A stretch of 64,000 nt of DNA. Source: an uncultured virus (IMG/VR IMGVR_UViG_3300006217_000024) (lineage: Duplodnaviria > Heunggongvirae > Uroviricota > Caudoviricetes). How positions within the stretch are numbered: position 1 is the stretch's first letter; each line of letters starts with the position of its first letter. The stretch is from the IMG/VR virus record IMGVR_UViG_3300006217_000024, one strand, 5' to 3'. A program made the position numbers and the translations under genes. Below the pieces are notes generated by a model. That model was not told the DNA's origin, did no database searches, and worked only from the letters and a program-made list of their open reading frames with translations. Shown here in pieces: positions 44,335 to 54,545 of this stretch.

Positions 44335-46059
44335 ATGAGCACGCCCAAGAAGATGACGCCCAAGCAGTTCGCGTTCGCGGACGGGATCGCGCACGGCAAG
44401 CGCCCGAGCGAGGCCTACCGCGACGCGGGCTACTCATGCGCGCGCATGAGCTCGGATTCCATCGCCACCGAGGCGAAGCGCCTGCAGCAGCATCCGCTCG
44501 TCCGCGCCCACATCGAGCAGGCCGCAGCAGCGGCCAAGGCGGCGGCGCAGTGGAACCTGGACAAGGCCGTGGAGCGGGTGCAGGTGCTCAATGACAAGGC
44601 GCATGAGGAGATCGCCCGCGCCGGGGTCGTGCAGAAGTCGGACGCCTGGAAGGCGCTCATCCAGTCCACCGACCGCCTGAACGCCTACACGGGCGTGGAC
44701 CGCGAGATCGCCAAGCTGGCGGAGGAGCGCGGCGAGGCGTCCGCCCCGCCCATCGACACCGCCTCCCTCGTGCCCGGCTGCTATGCGGACGCTTGGCGCG
44801 ACATCATGGAGGCGCGGCATTCCGAGTACATCGGCGAGAGCGGGCGCGGCTCGCTCAAGTCCACGGTGCTGCTGTCCTTGGCGCCCATCATGCTGATGCT
44901 CAAGGACCCGAAGCTCTGCGGCGTGGCGCTCCGGCGCGTGGGCAACACGCTCAGGGACTCCATCTTCGCCTCCCTCATCTCCGCCATCCGCCGCCTGGGC
45001 GTGGAGGAGCAGTTCGCCTGGAGCGTGTCCCCCATGGAGATCAAGCGGCCAGCAACGGGGCAGACGATCAAGTTCCGCGGCCTCGATGACGAGGAGAAGG
45101 CCAAGTCCCTGGCGCTGGATGACCCGGACCTCTACCTGGGCTTCGCCCTATGGGAGGAGTTCGACCAGCAGAAGGGCGAGCGGGCCGTGAGGCGCGTGGA
45201 GCAGACCATCAAGCGCGGACAGGCTCCGCACTTCTGGACCTTCCGCGCGTTCAACACGCCAGCGGACCCCGACCACTGGGCGCACGCCTACACGGCGCGC
45301 CAGGAAGCGAGCGGAGAGGCGCTGGTGCTGCGCCAGACCTACCGGGATATGCCGCCGGAGTTCCTGGGAGCGGACTTCATCGCCGACGCCGAGCGGTTGC
45401 GCGCCGTGAACGAGGACGCCTATCGCAACGAGTACCTGGGCGAGGCCGTGGGGCTTTCTGGGCGCGTGTTCACCAACGTGGCGGCGGCCGACATCCTGCC
45501 CACCGACGTGGCGGAGATGAAGTGGATCCGGCGCGGCATCGACTGGGGATTCGAGAACGATCCCTTCGTCTTCCTGTCGGTGGGCTACGACCGCAAGACC
45601 TCCACGCTCTACGTGTTCGACGAACTGTTCAACACCCACACGCTGGATCCGGACAACGTGGAGGCGGCGAAGGCCCTCATGGCCGAGCGCGACGGGGACG
45701 GCCAGCCTCTCTCGGACGCGGAGGGCCGCCCCGTCTTCAGGCGCGCCAAGCCTGAGAACGAGGTGCGCGCTGACGCCGCCGGCGCGAAGGACCGCGCCAC
45801 CTGGAGGCATATGGGCGTGAACGTCATGGGAGCGTCCAAGGCGGTGCCCGTGGCCGACGGCATCCGCTGGCTGGCCAAGCGCCACGCCATCGTCATAGAC
45901 CGCAAGCGCTGTCCCCTCGCCTACCAGGAGTTCACGCGCTACCGCGCCCTGGAGGACGACGAGGGGCGCTTCTTGGGCTACCCGGACAAGGACAACCACA
46001 CGATAGACGCCGTGCGCTATGCGGCGTTCGACCTCATAGCGGACCCGGACATCCCCTAA
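44335..46059 (+). CDS. terL: PBSX-family terminase large subunit with N-terminal small-subunit-like domain
   Basis: SGRGSLKS, LWEE, FNTP, GIDWG, DNHTIDAVRY. Confidence 0.93.
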   Translation: MSTPKKMTPKQFAFADGIAHGKRPSEAYRDAGYSCARMSSDSIATEAKRLQQHPLVRAHIEQAAAAAKAAAQWNLDKAVERVQVLNDKAHEEIARAGVVQKSDAWKALIQSTDRLNAYTGVDREIAKLAEERGEASAPPIDTASLVPGCYADAWRDIMEARHSEYIGESGRGSLKSTVLLSLAPIMLMLKDPKLCGVALRRVGNTLRDSIFASLISAIRRLGVEEQFAWSVSPMEIKRPATGQTIKFRGLDDEEKAKSLALDDPDLYLGFALWEEFDQQKGERAVRRVEQTIKRGQAPHFWTFRAFNTPADPDHWAHAYTARQEASGEALVLRQTYRDMPPEFLGADFIADAERLRAVNEDAYRNEYLGEAVGLSGRVFTNVAAADILPTDVAEMKWIRRGIDWGFENDPFVFLSVGYDRKTSTLYVFDELFNTHTLDPDNVEAAKALMAERDGDGQPLSDAEGRPVFRRAKPENEVRADAAGAKDRATWRHMGVNVMGASKAVPVADGIRWLAKRHAIVIDRKRCPLAYQEFTRYRALEDDEGRFLGYPDKDNHTIDAVRYAAFDLIADPDIP

Positions 46060-46071
46060 AGGAGGGACCAC

Positions 46072-47511
46072 ATGGCAGACGAGCAGATGACGAGGAGCGC
46101 GGCCATCACGGAGTGGCTCGCGCAGCTGGGCTACCCCGCAGCATCGCTGCAGACGCCCATGCAGCCCCACATCGAGCGGTGGTGGGGCTACCTCAGCCGC
46201 GAGGCATCGTTCTACACACGCAGGGAGCGGCTCCAGAACGGGCGCATGGCCGAGGTCCGCGTGCGCAGCTGCTCGCCCGCCGACATGGTGGACACGGACA
46301 TGGCGGCGCTGATCTACAACGAGCGCGCCGAGATCAGCGTTCCCGATGACGCTGAGGCGGACGCGTGGCTCAAGGAGTGGATGGAGAGGGTCGCATGGGC
46401 CGACCGGGCACCGCTTGCCATCAAGCGGATGTGCGACACGGGCACGGCCGCCTGGGCGCTCCATGTCCGCGGGATGCAGACGTTCGGGAGGTCCTCCGTG
46501 CTGGACGTGCGCCCCATGCGCTATGACGCCCGTTCCATCCTGCCCCTGGCCTGGGAGGCCGACGCGTGCAACGCCTGCGCGTTCATGGCCGAGGTCTGGG
46601 TGCGCGGACGGGCGCTCACGCAGGTGGAGGTGCACAGGCCCCAGGACAACGGCGACTACGAGATCATGTGCGCGTTCTTCGACGATGAGGGGAACCGCGT
46701 GCAGCCCGAGGGTTTCCTGGACGCGGACAAGTCCCTCAACACGAAGCAGCCGAACCCCACCTTCGCGCTCATCCGTCTGGCCGACGACAACCGCTACTGG
46801 GACTATTCGCCCATGGGCGTGGCGCTCTTCGACGGCAAGGAGGACGCGCTGGAGACGGTGGACCTGGCCTTCAATGCGCTGGGCGATGAGATCATCCTGG
46901 GGCGGAAGATGCTGGCGCTCCCTGAGGCGATGATGCAGAGGGACGATCAGGGAAACCTGGTCCTTCCCTGGGAGGAGAACCAGCGGTTCTTCCTCGCTAC
47001 CGCCTCCACCACCTACAACGACAAGGCGGCCGTCTACGAATACAACCCGCAGCTGCGAAGCGAAGAGGACCGCCAGCTGCTCTCCACCGCCCTGCAGATG
47101 CTCGGCAAACGCATGGGCTTCGGCATGAAGTACTACGGGCTGGACTCCTCCGGCAGCATCACCACGGCCAAAGAGGTGGCCTCCGACAACGCGGAGCTCA
47201 TGCGCACCGTGCGACGCCACGAGCACGTGATCGCGCCCGCCATAGGAACCCTCATGGCTGCGGCCGCAGGGATCTACCGCAACCACGCCCGCGGCGTGAA
47301 GCTCCCGGACATCACGGGCGCGGTGCAGGTGACCTTGGGCGATTCCATCATCCAGGACGACGATGCGCTGCGCGAGCGTGACCGAGCGGACGTGGCTGCA
47401 GGCCTCCTGGAGCCTTGGCGCTACATGGTGAGATGGCAAGGCTGTTCCGAAGAGGACGCCCGTGCATTCACAGGCGAGGGCACTGACACGGGCGTGCCGC
47501 TTGAGGCTTGA
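46072..47511 (+). CDS. Portal protein
   Basis: SPMGVALF, TTAKEV, TLGDSII; AAAGGAGG RBS. Confidence 0.9.
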   Translation: MADEQMTRSAAITEWLAQLGYPAASLQTPMQPHIERWWGYLSREASFYTRRERLQNGRMAEVRVRSCSPADMVDTDMAALIYNERAEISVPDDAEADAWLKEWMERVAWADRAPLAIKRMCDTGTAAWALHVRGMQTFGRSSVLDVRPMRYDARSILPLAWEADACNACAFMAEVWVRGRALTQVEVHRPQDNGDYEIMCAFFDDEGNRVQPEGFLDADKSLNTKQPNPTFALIRLADDNRYWDYSPMGVALFDGKEDALETVDLAFNALGDEIILGRKMLALPEAMMQRDDQGNLVLPWEENQRFFLATASTTYNDKAAVYEYNPQLRSEEDRQLLSTALQMLGKRMGFGMKYYGLDSSGSITTAKEVASDNAELMRTVRRHEHVIAPAIGTLMAAAAGIYRNHARGVKLPDITGAVQVTLGDSIIQDDDALRERDRADVAAGLLEPWRYMVRWQGCSEEDARAFTGEGTDTGVPLEA

Positions 47512-49295
47512 TGGCGCTCTCCGAGAAGGACATAGACGCACTGGCCGAGCGCATCCTGCACGGCGCGCAGGAACGCTACGTCACCGAGCTCACGGAAACA
47601 GTCGAGCACAACCTGGCCGAACTGGCGAAGCGGGGCTGGACGGCGGCGGCCCTGGAGCAGCTGGCGCTCCTGGTGCCCGCAGCGGCGGCGCAGATCCTGG
47701 CGCAGCACCGCGACGCCGTGGGCGAGGAGGCGGCCTCCGAGGTCTCGGCGGCCCTGGAGGCTTCTGCAGCCGACGATGATGCCGTCCTGGCCGCCATCTA
47801 CGGCGCGCAGGCGGCCGCTGAGGCCGCATCCCGATTCCCGATGGGTGCGACCTCGCATTTCAAGGAGATGGCGCTCCAGACGGCGCGAGGACTGGCCGAC
47901 ATCATCGGACGGCAGAACGTCATCCTGGCCGAGAGCGCGGCGCGCAGATGGTTCGAGGTGGCCGGAGAGGCCGTGACCTCCGCGAACCTGGGCCTCACGC
48001 CCTACGACAAGCTGCTGGCGGAGGCCACCGTGAAGCTCGCGGATGCGGGCATCGTCGCGGTGGAGTACGGCCACGGAGGCGCGCGCACGGTGACGAACAT
48101 GGTGGACGTGGCCGTGCGCCGGCACATCGTGACGCAGGTCTCGCAAGCCTCCGGCCGCATGACGATGGCGCGGATGCGCGCCTATGGCCACAGGCTCGTG
48201 GTGACCTCCTCCCATTACGGCGCGCGCCCTTCGCACGCTGAGTGGCAGGGGCTGCCCTGCGCGATCGATGGAGGGGCCGTCGTGGACGGCGTCCGCTACC
48301 CCGACATCGTGGAGCTCACGGGCTATGGCACCGTGGGCGGCCTCAAGGGCGCGAACTGCAGGCACTCCATCAACCCCTATTTTCCCGGCATCACGGAGCT
48401 GCCGGCGCGGGAGTGGCCGGAGCACGAGGAGAAGTTCGGCTGCAGCTCAGAAGCCTACTATGAGGCGACCCAGCGCCAGCGGGAGCTGGAGCGCCGCATC
48501 CGCAAGACCAAGCGCGAGATAGCAGCGCTTGAGCGCAACGGCTTCGGGCTGGAGGACGCGACCTATGTCCAGAAGCGGCTGCTCCTGGGAAACCAGCAGA
48601 AGACGCTCGCGCGCTGGTGCGACGAGCGGAACCTGGTGCGCCAGTACGCCCGGGAGAAGGCCTACGGCGTGGCCACGCAACCGAGAGCGCTCACAGGGAT
48701 GCTTTGGCGTACGAAGGAGCGGGGCATATCGCGAAAGAAGCTCGCAGCCGCAGGCACAGCCGTAGACCTCGATTACATCCGCTCGACCGCTTATCGGAAG
48801 AAGTTCAACGGGCTCACAGGCAACCGAGCCGCGGACGAGGAGATCCACCGCTGCGCCGTGGCGGCGCTCACGCACAGATCGGGCACCTATGGCGAGGACC
48901 TCCATCTCGTTTCGATCATGACGGGAGAATGCGCCGTCTCGCTGACATCGAGCAAGCAGCCTCTGACCGTGACGCCCACCAAATCCTTGCTCGAAGCGCT
49001 CAAAGAGCATCCCGAAGGCACGCTCTTCGGCGTTCACAACCACCCGAAAAGCTCCCCTCCTTCTGGCTCAGACTTCTCGGCCTCCAAGGCGCGGCGCTAC
49101 GCCGGCGGCGTTGTCGCGCTGCACAATGGGGAGGTATACTTCTACAAACACGGACACACAGAATTCAGTGCGAGAGGGTTCGACGATGCCGTGCAGGCAC
49201 GCATCGGGAAAGGGCTCTCAGAGGTTAAAGCCTACGAAGCTGTCCTTGCGGAGTATGCAGAAAGATTCGGGGTCCAGTGGAAAAAGCTGAGATGA
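47511..49295 (+). CDS. Minor capsid protein (MuF-like) with C-terminal JAB/MPN-like domain
   Basis: SSHYGARPSHAEWQG, GANCRHS; C-terminal HNHPKSSPPSGSD. Confidence 0.85.
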   Translation: MALSEKDIDALAERILHGAQERYVTELTETVEHNLAELAKRGWTAAALEQLALLVPAAAAQILAQHRDAVGEEAASEVSAALEASAADDDAVLAAIYGAQAAAEAASRFPMGATSHFKEMALQTARGLADIIGRQNVILAESAARRWFEVAGEAVTSANLGLTPYDKLLAEATVKLADAGIVAVEYGHGGARTVTNMVDVAVRRHIVTQVSQASGRMTMARMRAYGHRLVVTSSHYGARPSHAEWQGLPCAIDGGAVVDGVRYPDIVELTGYGTVGGLKGANCRHSINPYFPGITELPAREWPEHEEKFGCSSEAYYEATQRQRELERRIRKTKREIAALERNGFGLEDATYVQKRLLLGNQQKTLARWCDERNLVRQYAREKAYGVATQPRALTGMLWRTKERGISRKKLAAAGTAVDLDYIRSTAYRKKFNGLTGNRAADEEIHRCAVAALTHRSGTYGEDLHLVSIMTGECAVSLTSSKQPLTVTPTKSLLEALKEHPEGTLFGVHNHPKSSPPSGSDFSASKARRYAGGVVALHNGEVYFYKHGHTEFSARGFDDAVQARIGKGLSEVKAYEAVLAEYAERFGVQWKKLR

Positions 49296-49453
49296 TACGG
49301 AACTTCAAGACCAACTGCCCTCAGTTGGAGCTTCCGGACGAGTGGTGGTTCGACCTCACCGATGAGCAGCGCGAGAACGCCGAGTCCGCTCCAGTGCCTT
49401 GGAAGCTCGGCATCATCCCTCCCGAGGAATACGATCGCCGCTTCCGGGAATAG
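49292..49453 (+). CDS. 53-aa protein, candidate immunity partner (not in ORF track)
   Basis: ATGA overlap; MIRNFKTNCPQLELPDEWW...RRFRE*. Confidence 0.55.
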   Translation: MIRNFKTNCPQLELPDEWWFDLTDEQRENAESAPVPWKLGIIPPEEYDRRFRE

Positions 49454-49477
49454 CTCTCAACCCACCGGCATCAGCAC

Positions 49478-49503
49478 AAGCCGTCCTCCAGGGCGGCTTT
49501 TTT
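49478..49503 (+). terminator. Intrinsic terminator
   Basis: AAGCCGTCC-TCCA-GGGCGGCTT followed by T run. Confidence 0.8.
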
Positions 49504-49512
49504 CGTGCCCGA

Positions 49513-49531
49513 GTGACGCCTGGCGCACCAT
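49513..49531 (+). promoter_or_regulatory. Candidate late promoter for scaffold/capsid
   Basis: GTGACGC-CTGGCGC-ACCAT just after terminator. Confidence 0.65.
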
Positions 49532-49629
49532 ATCCTCCATCGCCCGAGCCGAGCGGAGAGGCTCACACCCGCCAGCCCTGAGCGGAGAGGGGCACCGTCA
49601 AGCGCGCAGAGAAGCGCGGACCAAACGCG

Positions 49630-50238
49630 ATGGAGGAACAGATGGACCCAGAAGAGAACGGCACGCAGCAGGACCCGGCCGCCGGCACGGGTGGCGGAGA
49701 GGACAAGGGTGCCAAAGGCAGCCCGGACCTCAAGGCTGAGAACACGCGTCTGAACGAGGAGTTGAAGGTCTCCAACAAGCGAGTCGATGACCTGCAGGCG
49801 CAGCTCGAAACCCTGAACGGATCGCTCGCCAAGGCGCTCACCCAAGAGGACGTGGAGGCGGCCGTCAAGGACGCCCAAGAGGCGGCCGAAGAGGCGCACA
49901 AGGAAAGCGAAGAGGCCTGGGAGGCAGAGCGCAAGCGCCTCTCCGTGGAGAACGCGCTCATCGCCGCGGGCTGCACCGACACGATCGGATGCGTGGCGCA
50001 CCTGGACATGGCCAAGATCGAGGTGGCGTCTGACGGCCACCTGAGCGGTCTGGATGTCGAAGCGCTCGCCAAGGACCATCCCCATCTGTTCAAGCAGGGC
50101 GGCAACACCGGCACCGTGGCCAGCGCGGCCGCACCCGGAGGGCCCGCCAAGAAGATGACCAAGGAAGAGATCATGAAGGAGACGGACCCGACCAAGCGCC
50201 GGCAGCTCATCTCCGAGAACATGGACCTCTTCGAGTAG
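49630..50238 (+). CDS. Capsid scaffolding protein
   Basis: Coiled coil, HPHLF, position before capsid. Confidence 0.85.
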   Translation: MEEQMDPEENGTQQDPAAGTGGGEDKGAKGSPDLKAENTRLNEELKVSNKRVDDLQAQLETLNGSLAKALTQEDVEAAVKDAQEAAEEAHKESEEAWEAERKRLSVENALIAAGCTDTIGCVAHLDMAKIEVASDGHLSGLDVEALAKDHPHLFKQGGNTGTVASAAAPGGPAKKMTKEEIMKETDPTKRRQLISENMDLFE

Positions 50239-50252
50239 AAAGGAACAAAGCC

Positions 50253-51386
50253 ATGGCAGAGGCGAACCTCTCCACAGCGGCAGACTTCGCGAAGGTCTCC
50301 GCGATCGACTTCACCGCCCGTTTCGGGACCAACATCAACCAGCTGATGGAGCTGCTGGGGCTCACCCGCAAGATCGAGAAGCAGCCAGGCACCGTCGTCA
50401 AGACCTACAAGGTCGTGGGCGAGCTGGCCGACGGCGAGGTGGGCGAAGGCGAGACCATCCCGCTGTCCAAGTACACCACCGAGGTGGGCCAGACCTTCGA
50501 GATGAAGCTGCGCAAGTACCGCAAGGCGACCTCCCTGGAGGCCATCAATGACAAGGGCTATGAGCAGGCCGTGGACGACACGGACAACGCCATGCTCAAG
50601 GACGTGCAGAACGGGGTCCGTGCGGACTTCTACAGCTTCCTCACAGAGAAGCGCGAGGCCTTCGCCACCAAGGGCGGCCTCCAGGCAGCTCTGGCGGCGC
50701 TCTGGACCAAGAACCAGATCCTCTGGGAGGACACCGACGCCTCCGGCTTCCTGTACTTCGTCAGCCCCGAGGACATCGGCGAGTACCTGGAGGGCGCCGC
50801 CATCACGACGCAGAACGCGTTCGGGATGACCTACATCAAGGACTTCCTGGGCATCTACGACGTCGTGTCCTATTCGGGCATCCCGAAGGGCAAGGTCTTC
50901 TCGACCGCCAAAGACAACATCATCCTGTACTACGTGAACCCGAAGAACGGCGATCTGGCGAAGGTCTTCGAGTTCGTCACGGATGCCACCGGCTACATCG
51001 GCGTGCACCGTGATGTGGAGTACAACAACCTCACCACCGAGACCGTGATGCTCTGCGGCGTGAAGCTCTTCGCTGAGATCGAGGACGGCATCGTGTGCGC
51101 AGCAATCGGCGGCGGTGCAGCCACGGCATCCACCGAGGGCGGTGCTCCCATGACGCTCTCCCTGGACACGGCGGAGATCGCAGGCGCGGTGGCCGCGGGC
51201 GTGGCCGACGCCCTGGCGGCTCAGGACGGGACGGCGGATGGTCCGAACGCACCCGAGTCCGTGGACGCCAAGTCCTCTACGGCAGAGCTTGAGGCCTACG
51301 CCGCAGCGCACGGCATCGACCTGGCTGACTGCAAGACCAACGGCGACCGCCTGAACGCGATCAAGGCAGCGGAGGCCGCCGACTAG
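50253..51386 (+). CDS. Major capsid protein with C-terminal HeH/Rho-N-like extension
   Basis: VGEGETIPLSK, KYRKATSLEAI; tail ELEAYAAAHGIDL. Confidence 0.88.
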   Translation: MAEANLSTAADFAKVSAIDFTARFGTNINQLMELLGLTRKIEKQPGTVVKTYKVVGELADGEVGEGETIPLSKYTTEVGQTFEMKLRKYRKATSLEAINDKGYEQAVDDTDNAMLKDVQNGVRADFYSFLTEKREAFATKGGLQAALAALWTKNQILWEDTDASGFLYFVSPEDIGEYLEGAAITTQNAFGMTYIKDFLGIYDVVSYSGIPKGKVFSTAKDNIILYYVNPKNGDLAKVFEFVTDATGYIGVHRDVEYNNLTTETVMLCGVKLFAEIEDGIVCAAIGGGAATASTEGGAPMTLSLDTAEIAGAVAAGVADALAAQDGTADGPNAPESVDAKSSTAELEAYAAAHGIDLADCKTNGDRLNAIKAAEAAD

Positions 51387-51712
51387 TGGCCCTGGAGGTC
51401 ACATACGCGTGGTACGCGGAGACGTACCAGGGCAGCTTGGAAGCGCAGGCGTTCCAGGCTGCCCTGCCCCGTGCTGAGTCGCGCGTGCGCGCCCGGTGCG
51501 CCGCGCATGACCTGGACGCGCTGGAAGAGCCAGAGGCCACGGCCTACCGCCGAGCGGTCTGCTCGGCCTGCGACGCGATGAGCGACCCCGCCGTCTCGTC
51601 CTGGAAGAGCGGCAGCGCATCCATGGAGTACGTCGACGCGGCCGCCAACAGCACGGACTCCGTCATCGAGCGGGAGCTGTCAGGCACGCGCCTGGCGAGC
51701 TGCTGGGTGTGA
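51386..51712 (+). CDS. Head-tail connector protein
   Basis: VTYAWY...RAVC; counterpart of 10907. Confidence 0.72.
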   Translation: MALEVTYAWYAETYQGSLEAQAFQAALPRAESRVRARCAAHDLDALEEPEATAYRRAVCSACDAMSDPAVSSWKSGSASMEYVDAAANSTDSVIERELSGTRLASCWV

Positions 51713-51713
51713 C

Positions 51714-52055
51714 ATGGGCGCGCGCGAGCAGATGTATCCCCAGGTGATGACCGCCTGGAAAAAGCACCCCGAGGGCCGGAGCGCCAGCTGGGAGAACCTG
51801 GGGCAGGTGCGCTGCCGATGGGAAGCCCAGCGCGGCGCGCGGCGGAGCGCATCAGGTGACGTCAGCACGTCTTCCGCGCTGGTCCTGGTCCCCTTCGGGC
51901 CGTGCCCGCACATCGACCCCTTCACGATGGAGCGCATCGCACAAGGGACGCGCGAGGTGCAGGAGCCGCCGGCAGACGCGCTGGCGGTCACCTCCGTGTC
52001 CGCTTTCACGGTGGGCTCTTCTCAGGTCGACCACTGGGAGCTGACCGCGGAATGA
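51714..52055 (+). CDS. Head closure / minor structural protein
   Basis: C-terminal DHWELT; position. Confidence 0.68.
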   Translation: MGAREQMYPQVMTAWKKHPEGRSASWENLGQVRCRWEAQRGARRSASGDVSTSSALVLVPFGPCPHIDPFTMERIAQGTREVQEPPADALAVTSVSAFTVGSSQVDHWELTAE

Positions 52056-52405
52056 GGCTGTCCGTCAAGAGCGCAGATGTCTCGGGCGCGGCCCGCAAGG
52101 CGGTGCCCATCGAGAAAGCCGCCGTGGGAGCGTACGCCATGGCCGCCATCCGCGACGCCGAGCCGCTCGTGCCGTACCTGAACGGCCCCCTCCGCGGGTC
52201 GGCCCATTCGGAGAGCACGCCGGAAGAGGGCCGGATCATCTATGGCAGCGCAGCAGTGCCCTACGCACGGGCGCAGTACTACGGCCACCCGCACAAGAGG
52301 TGGCCCGGCACCACGATGGAATGGTTCCCGAAAGCGCAAGCGAAGCACGGGGACGCTTGGGCCCGCGAAGCCCAAGAGGCAGCGAAGGAGGCAGCAGGAA
52401 GATGA
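52052..52405 (+). CDS. Minor capsid/neck protein
   Basis: PLVPYLNGPLR...PYARAQYYG. Confidence 0.75.
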   Translation: MRLSVKSADVSGAARKAVPIEKAAVGAYAMAAIRDAEPLVPYLNGPLRGSAHSESTPEEGRIIYGSAAVPYARAQYYGHPHKRWPGTTMEWFPKAQAKHGDAWAREAQEAAKEAAGR

Positions 52406-52848
52406 GTGAGCAACAGCAGCAGGCGGTATACGACCCTTACATGGCCACCGCCGTCCTGGATCGCGTGGAGATTCTGGCGGGGGGCTTCAAGCCGCCTGTG
52501 CCCGTAGCATTCGAGGAGCTGACCGCAGAGCCGGGGCTGATGCCGCGGATCATGCTGAAGCCCTTGTCCGCCGACGCAACGGAAAGGCGCTACATAAGCG
52601 GAGAGGCTATCCGCGCATTCCCGTTCTCCGCCACCTTGCGGGTGGCGGCTGACTGCGAGCAGGACAGCCTGGACGCCGCAAGCCTCCTGCAGATGCTTGC
52701 AGATGCCTGGAGCGCCACAAAGATGAGCGTACCGGGCTACGCCATCTTCCGCACGCAGCAGCTCACGGTGCCTACCTGCCTCGGACGCACCGAGCGCTTT
52801 GAGGACTGGCAGGTGACGCTGGAGCTGAAATACAAGCAAGTCCGCTAG
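52402..52848 (+). CDS. Tail terminator/completion protein
   Basis: Position; ATGA overlap. Confidence 0.65.
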   Translation: MSEQQQQAVYDPYMATAVLDRVEILAGGFKPPVPVAFEELTAEPGLMPRIMLKPLSADATERRYISGEAIRAFPFSATLRVAADCEQDSLDAASLLQMLADAWSATKMSVPGYAIFRTQQLTVPTCLGRTERFEDWQVTLELKYKQVR

Positions 52849-52861
52849 GAAAGGATGGATC

Positions 52862-53530
52862 ATGACCACAACAGAGACAGAGACCCCGATCTGGGGAGAT
52901 GAGCTGGAGGACTACATCGATATCGGCACTGCCGCAGCGCCGAATTGGATCGAGGCCACCAACCTCCTCGCCTTTGAGTTCGACGGCGATCAGCAGACCT
53001 ATGAGCCGTCCTACATCAACCGACGCACGCCCAAGAAGTACGTGCTTGGGGAAACGGCGTCCATCAGCTACGAGAAGGACATGTACCGCAACAACGAACT
53101 GGACGAGTTCCTGGCTGCCCATGAGGACGAGGCGGACATCCCGGTGCGCGTCTGCCGCGTGCGCAAGTGGGAGCCTTCCGGCGCCGCCTTCGGTGCTAAG
53201 ATGGGCCGCTTCTCACTCACACCGAACCAGCTTGACAAGAACACCGCAGGTGAGCCGGTCAAGCTCAAGGGAACGCTGACGATGCAGGACGAGGTTTGGA
53301 CCAAGGGTACCTTCAACCCAGCCACCCTCACTTTCACTGCTGCCGGGGGGACCTCCGCAACGCCCGAGACGCCCACAACGCCCAAGCCCTTAGACGAGAT
53401 GACCGTCGAGGAGCTCAAAGCATACGCCGCGGAGAACTCCATTGACATCACCGGAAAGACCCTCAAGGCCGACATCCTGGCAGCTATCAAAGCAGCCGAG
53501 GCCACAGAGGTAACCGAGGACACCGAGTAG
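52862..53530 (+). CDS. Major tail (tube) protein with C-terminal HeH-like extension
   Basis: Position; MTVEELKAYAAENSIDITGKTLKADIL. Confidence 0.8.
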   Translation: MTTTETETPIWGDELEDYIDIGTAAAPNWIEATNLLAFEFDGDQQTYEPSYINRRTPKKYVLGETASISYEKDMYRNNELDEFLAAHEDEADIPVRVCRVRKWEPSGAAFGAKMGRFSLTPNQLDKNTAGEPVKLKGTLTMQDEVWTKGTFNPATLTFTAAGGTSATPETPTTPKPLDEMTVEELKAYAAENSIDITGKTLKADILAAIKAAEATEVTEDTE

Positions 53531-53560
53531 GATTGCGCACCCGAAGAGAGAGGACAGACC

Positions 53561-53920
53561 ATGCGCTTTGACTTTTCAAGCACTGAGATCGAGTTGACCA
53601 TCAACGGAGTGGATTGCACCTTGGACGTCGGAGATGCTGAGATGCAAGACCGCCTCATCGAGGCCGCGGAGCTCATACAGCGAAGCGAGCTCGCCGGTAA
53701 CGGGGCGAATGTTCAGGCGTCCGAGCAGCTGCGCCAGATCGTCGAGGCGATTCTCGGCGAGGAGACGACGGGCAAGATCTACAAGGGCACGCGCCCCAAC
53801 GTCTACAAGGACGTGGAGCTCATCCTGTTCCTGCGCCGCGCGCTGGACGAGGCGGAGCCGACCCAGAAGTTCAACACGACGATGGGGGCGCTTGGTTCGT
53901 TGATCGGCTTGGACGACTAG
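53561..53920 (+). CDS. Tail assembly chaperone
   Basis: Position; GAGGA RBS. Confidence 0.7.
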   Translation: MRFDFSSTEIELTINGVDCTLDVGDAEMQDRLIEAAELIQRSELAGNGANVQASEQLRQIVEAILGEETTGKIYKGTRPNVYKDVELILFLRRALDEAEPTQKFNTTMGALGSLIGLDD

Positions 53921-53924
53921 GCCC

Positions 53925-54545
53925 ATGGACCCCAATATCCTGCTCTTCGAGCCCCCGCGGGAGGTCAGCTTCGGCGGGGGCTCCGTGCGCATACGGACCG
54001 AATACCGCGTTTGGATAGCGGCGCAGTGCCTCTGCGATGACCCGAAGGTCCCGCAGAAGAGCCTGGGGCTGCGTCTCCTGCGACTCGCGTTCTCAGACGA
54101 TGCGCGAGAGGGGGAAGACACGTCCCCCTTTGCACTCGCCCTGACGCATCCCCAAGAGGCTCTTGAGGCGGCGCTGCTCTTCTTCAATTTCAACGAACCC
54201 CGACGCCCGCAGACCCCCAGGCAACGCAATCTCGCTCAGATCCGTGCGTTCGACTGGGAGTGGGACGCCTGCTACGTCATTGCGGATTTTCAACACCTCT
54301 ACGGCATCGACCTGACTGACCCCGCGCTGCGTATGCACTGGTGGCGCTTCTGGTCGCTGTTTCGGGGCATGAGTGACGGCAGCCATACCATGGAGGTCAT
54401 CCGAACCAGGACGGCCGAGGAGGACGGTCTTTCCAGCGAAGAGAGGTCAGCTCTTCGCGAGCGCAAGCAGGCGCTCATGCTGCCTGCGAGAACGAGAGAG
54501 GAGGCGGAACGAAACAGGAACCTCAGATGGGGGCAGGATGTCTGA
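53925..54545 (+). CDS. Gp15-like tail assembly protein
   Basis: IRTEYRVW, FDWEWDA...YGIDL...MHWWRF. Confidence 0.82.
   Translation: MDPNILLFEPPREVSFGGGSVRIRTEYRVWIAAQCLCDDPKVPQKSLGLRLLRLAFSDDAREGEDTSPFALALTHPQEALEAALLFFNFNEPRRPQTPRQRNLAQIRAFDWEWDACYVIADFQHLYGIDLTDPALRMHWWRFWSLFRGMSDGSHTMEVIRTRTAEEDGLSSEERSALRERKQALMLPARTREEAERNRNLRWGQDV

Noticed and set aside
45148..51311. Long minus-strand ORFs (45148-47541, 47421-48425, 49563-51311; similarly 40337-41950)
   Set aside because: Antisense shadows of GC-rich structural genes with no recognisable motifs
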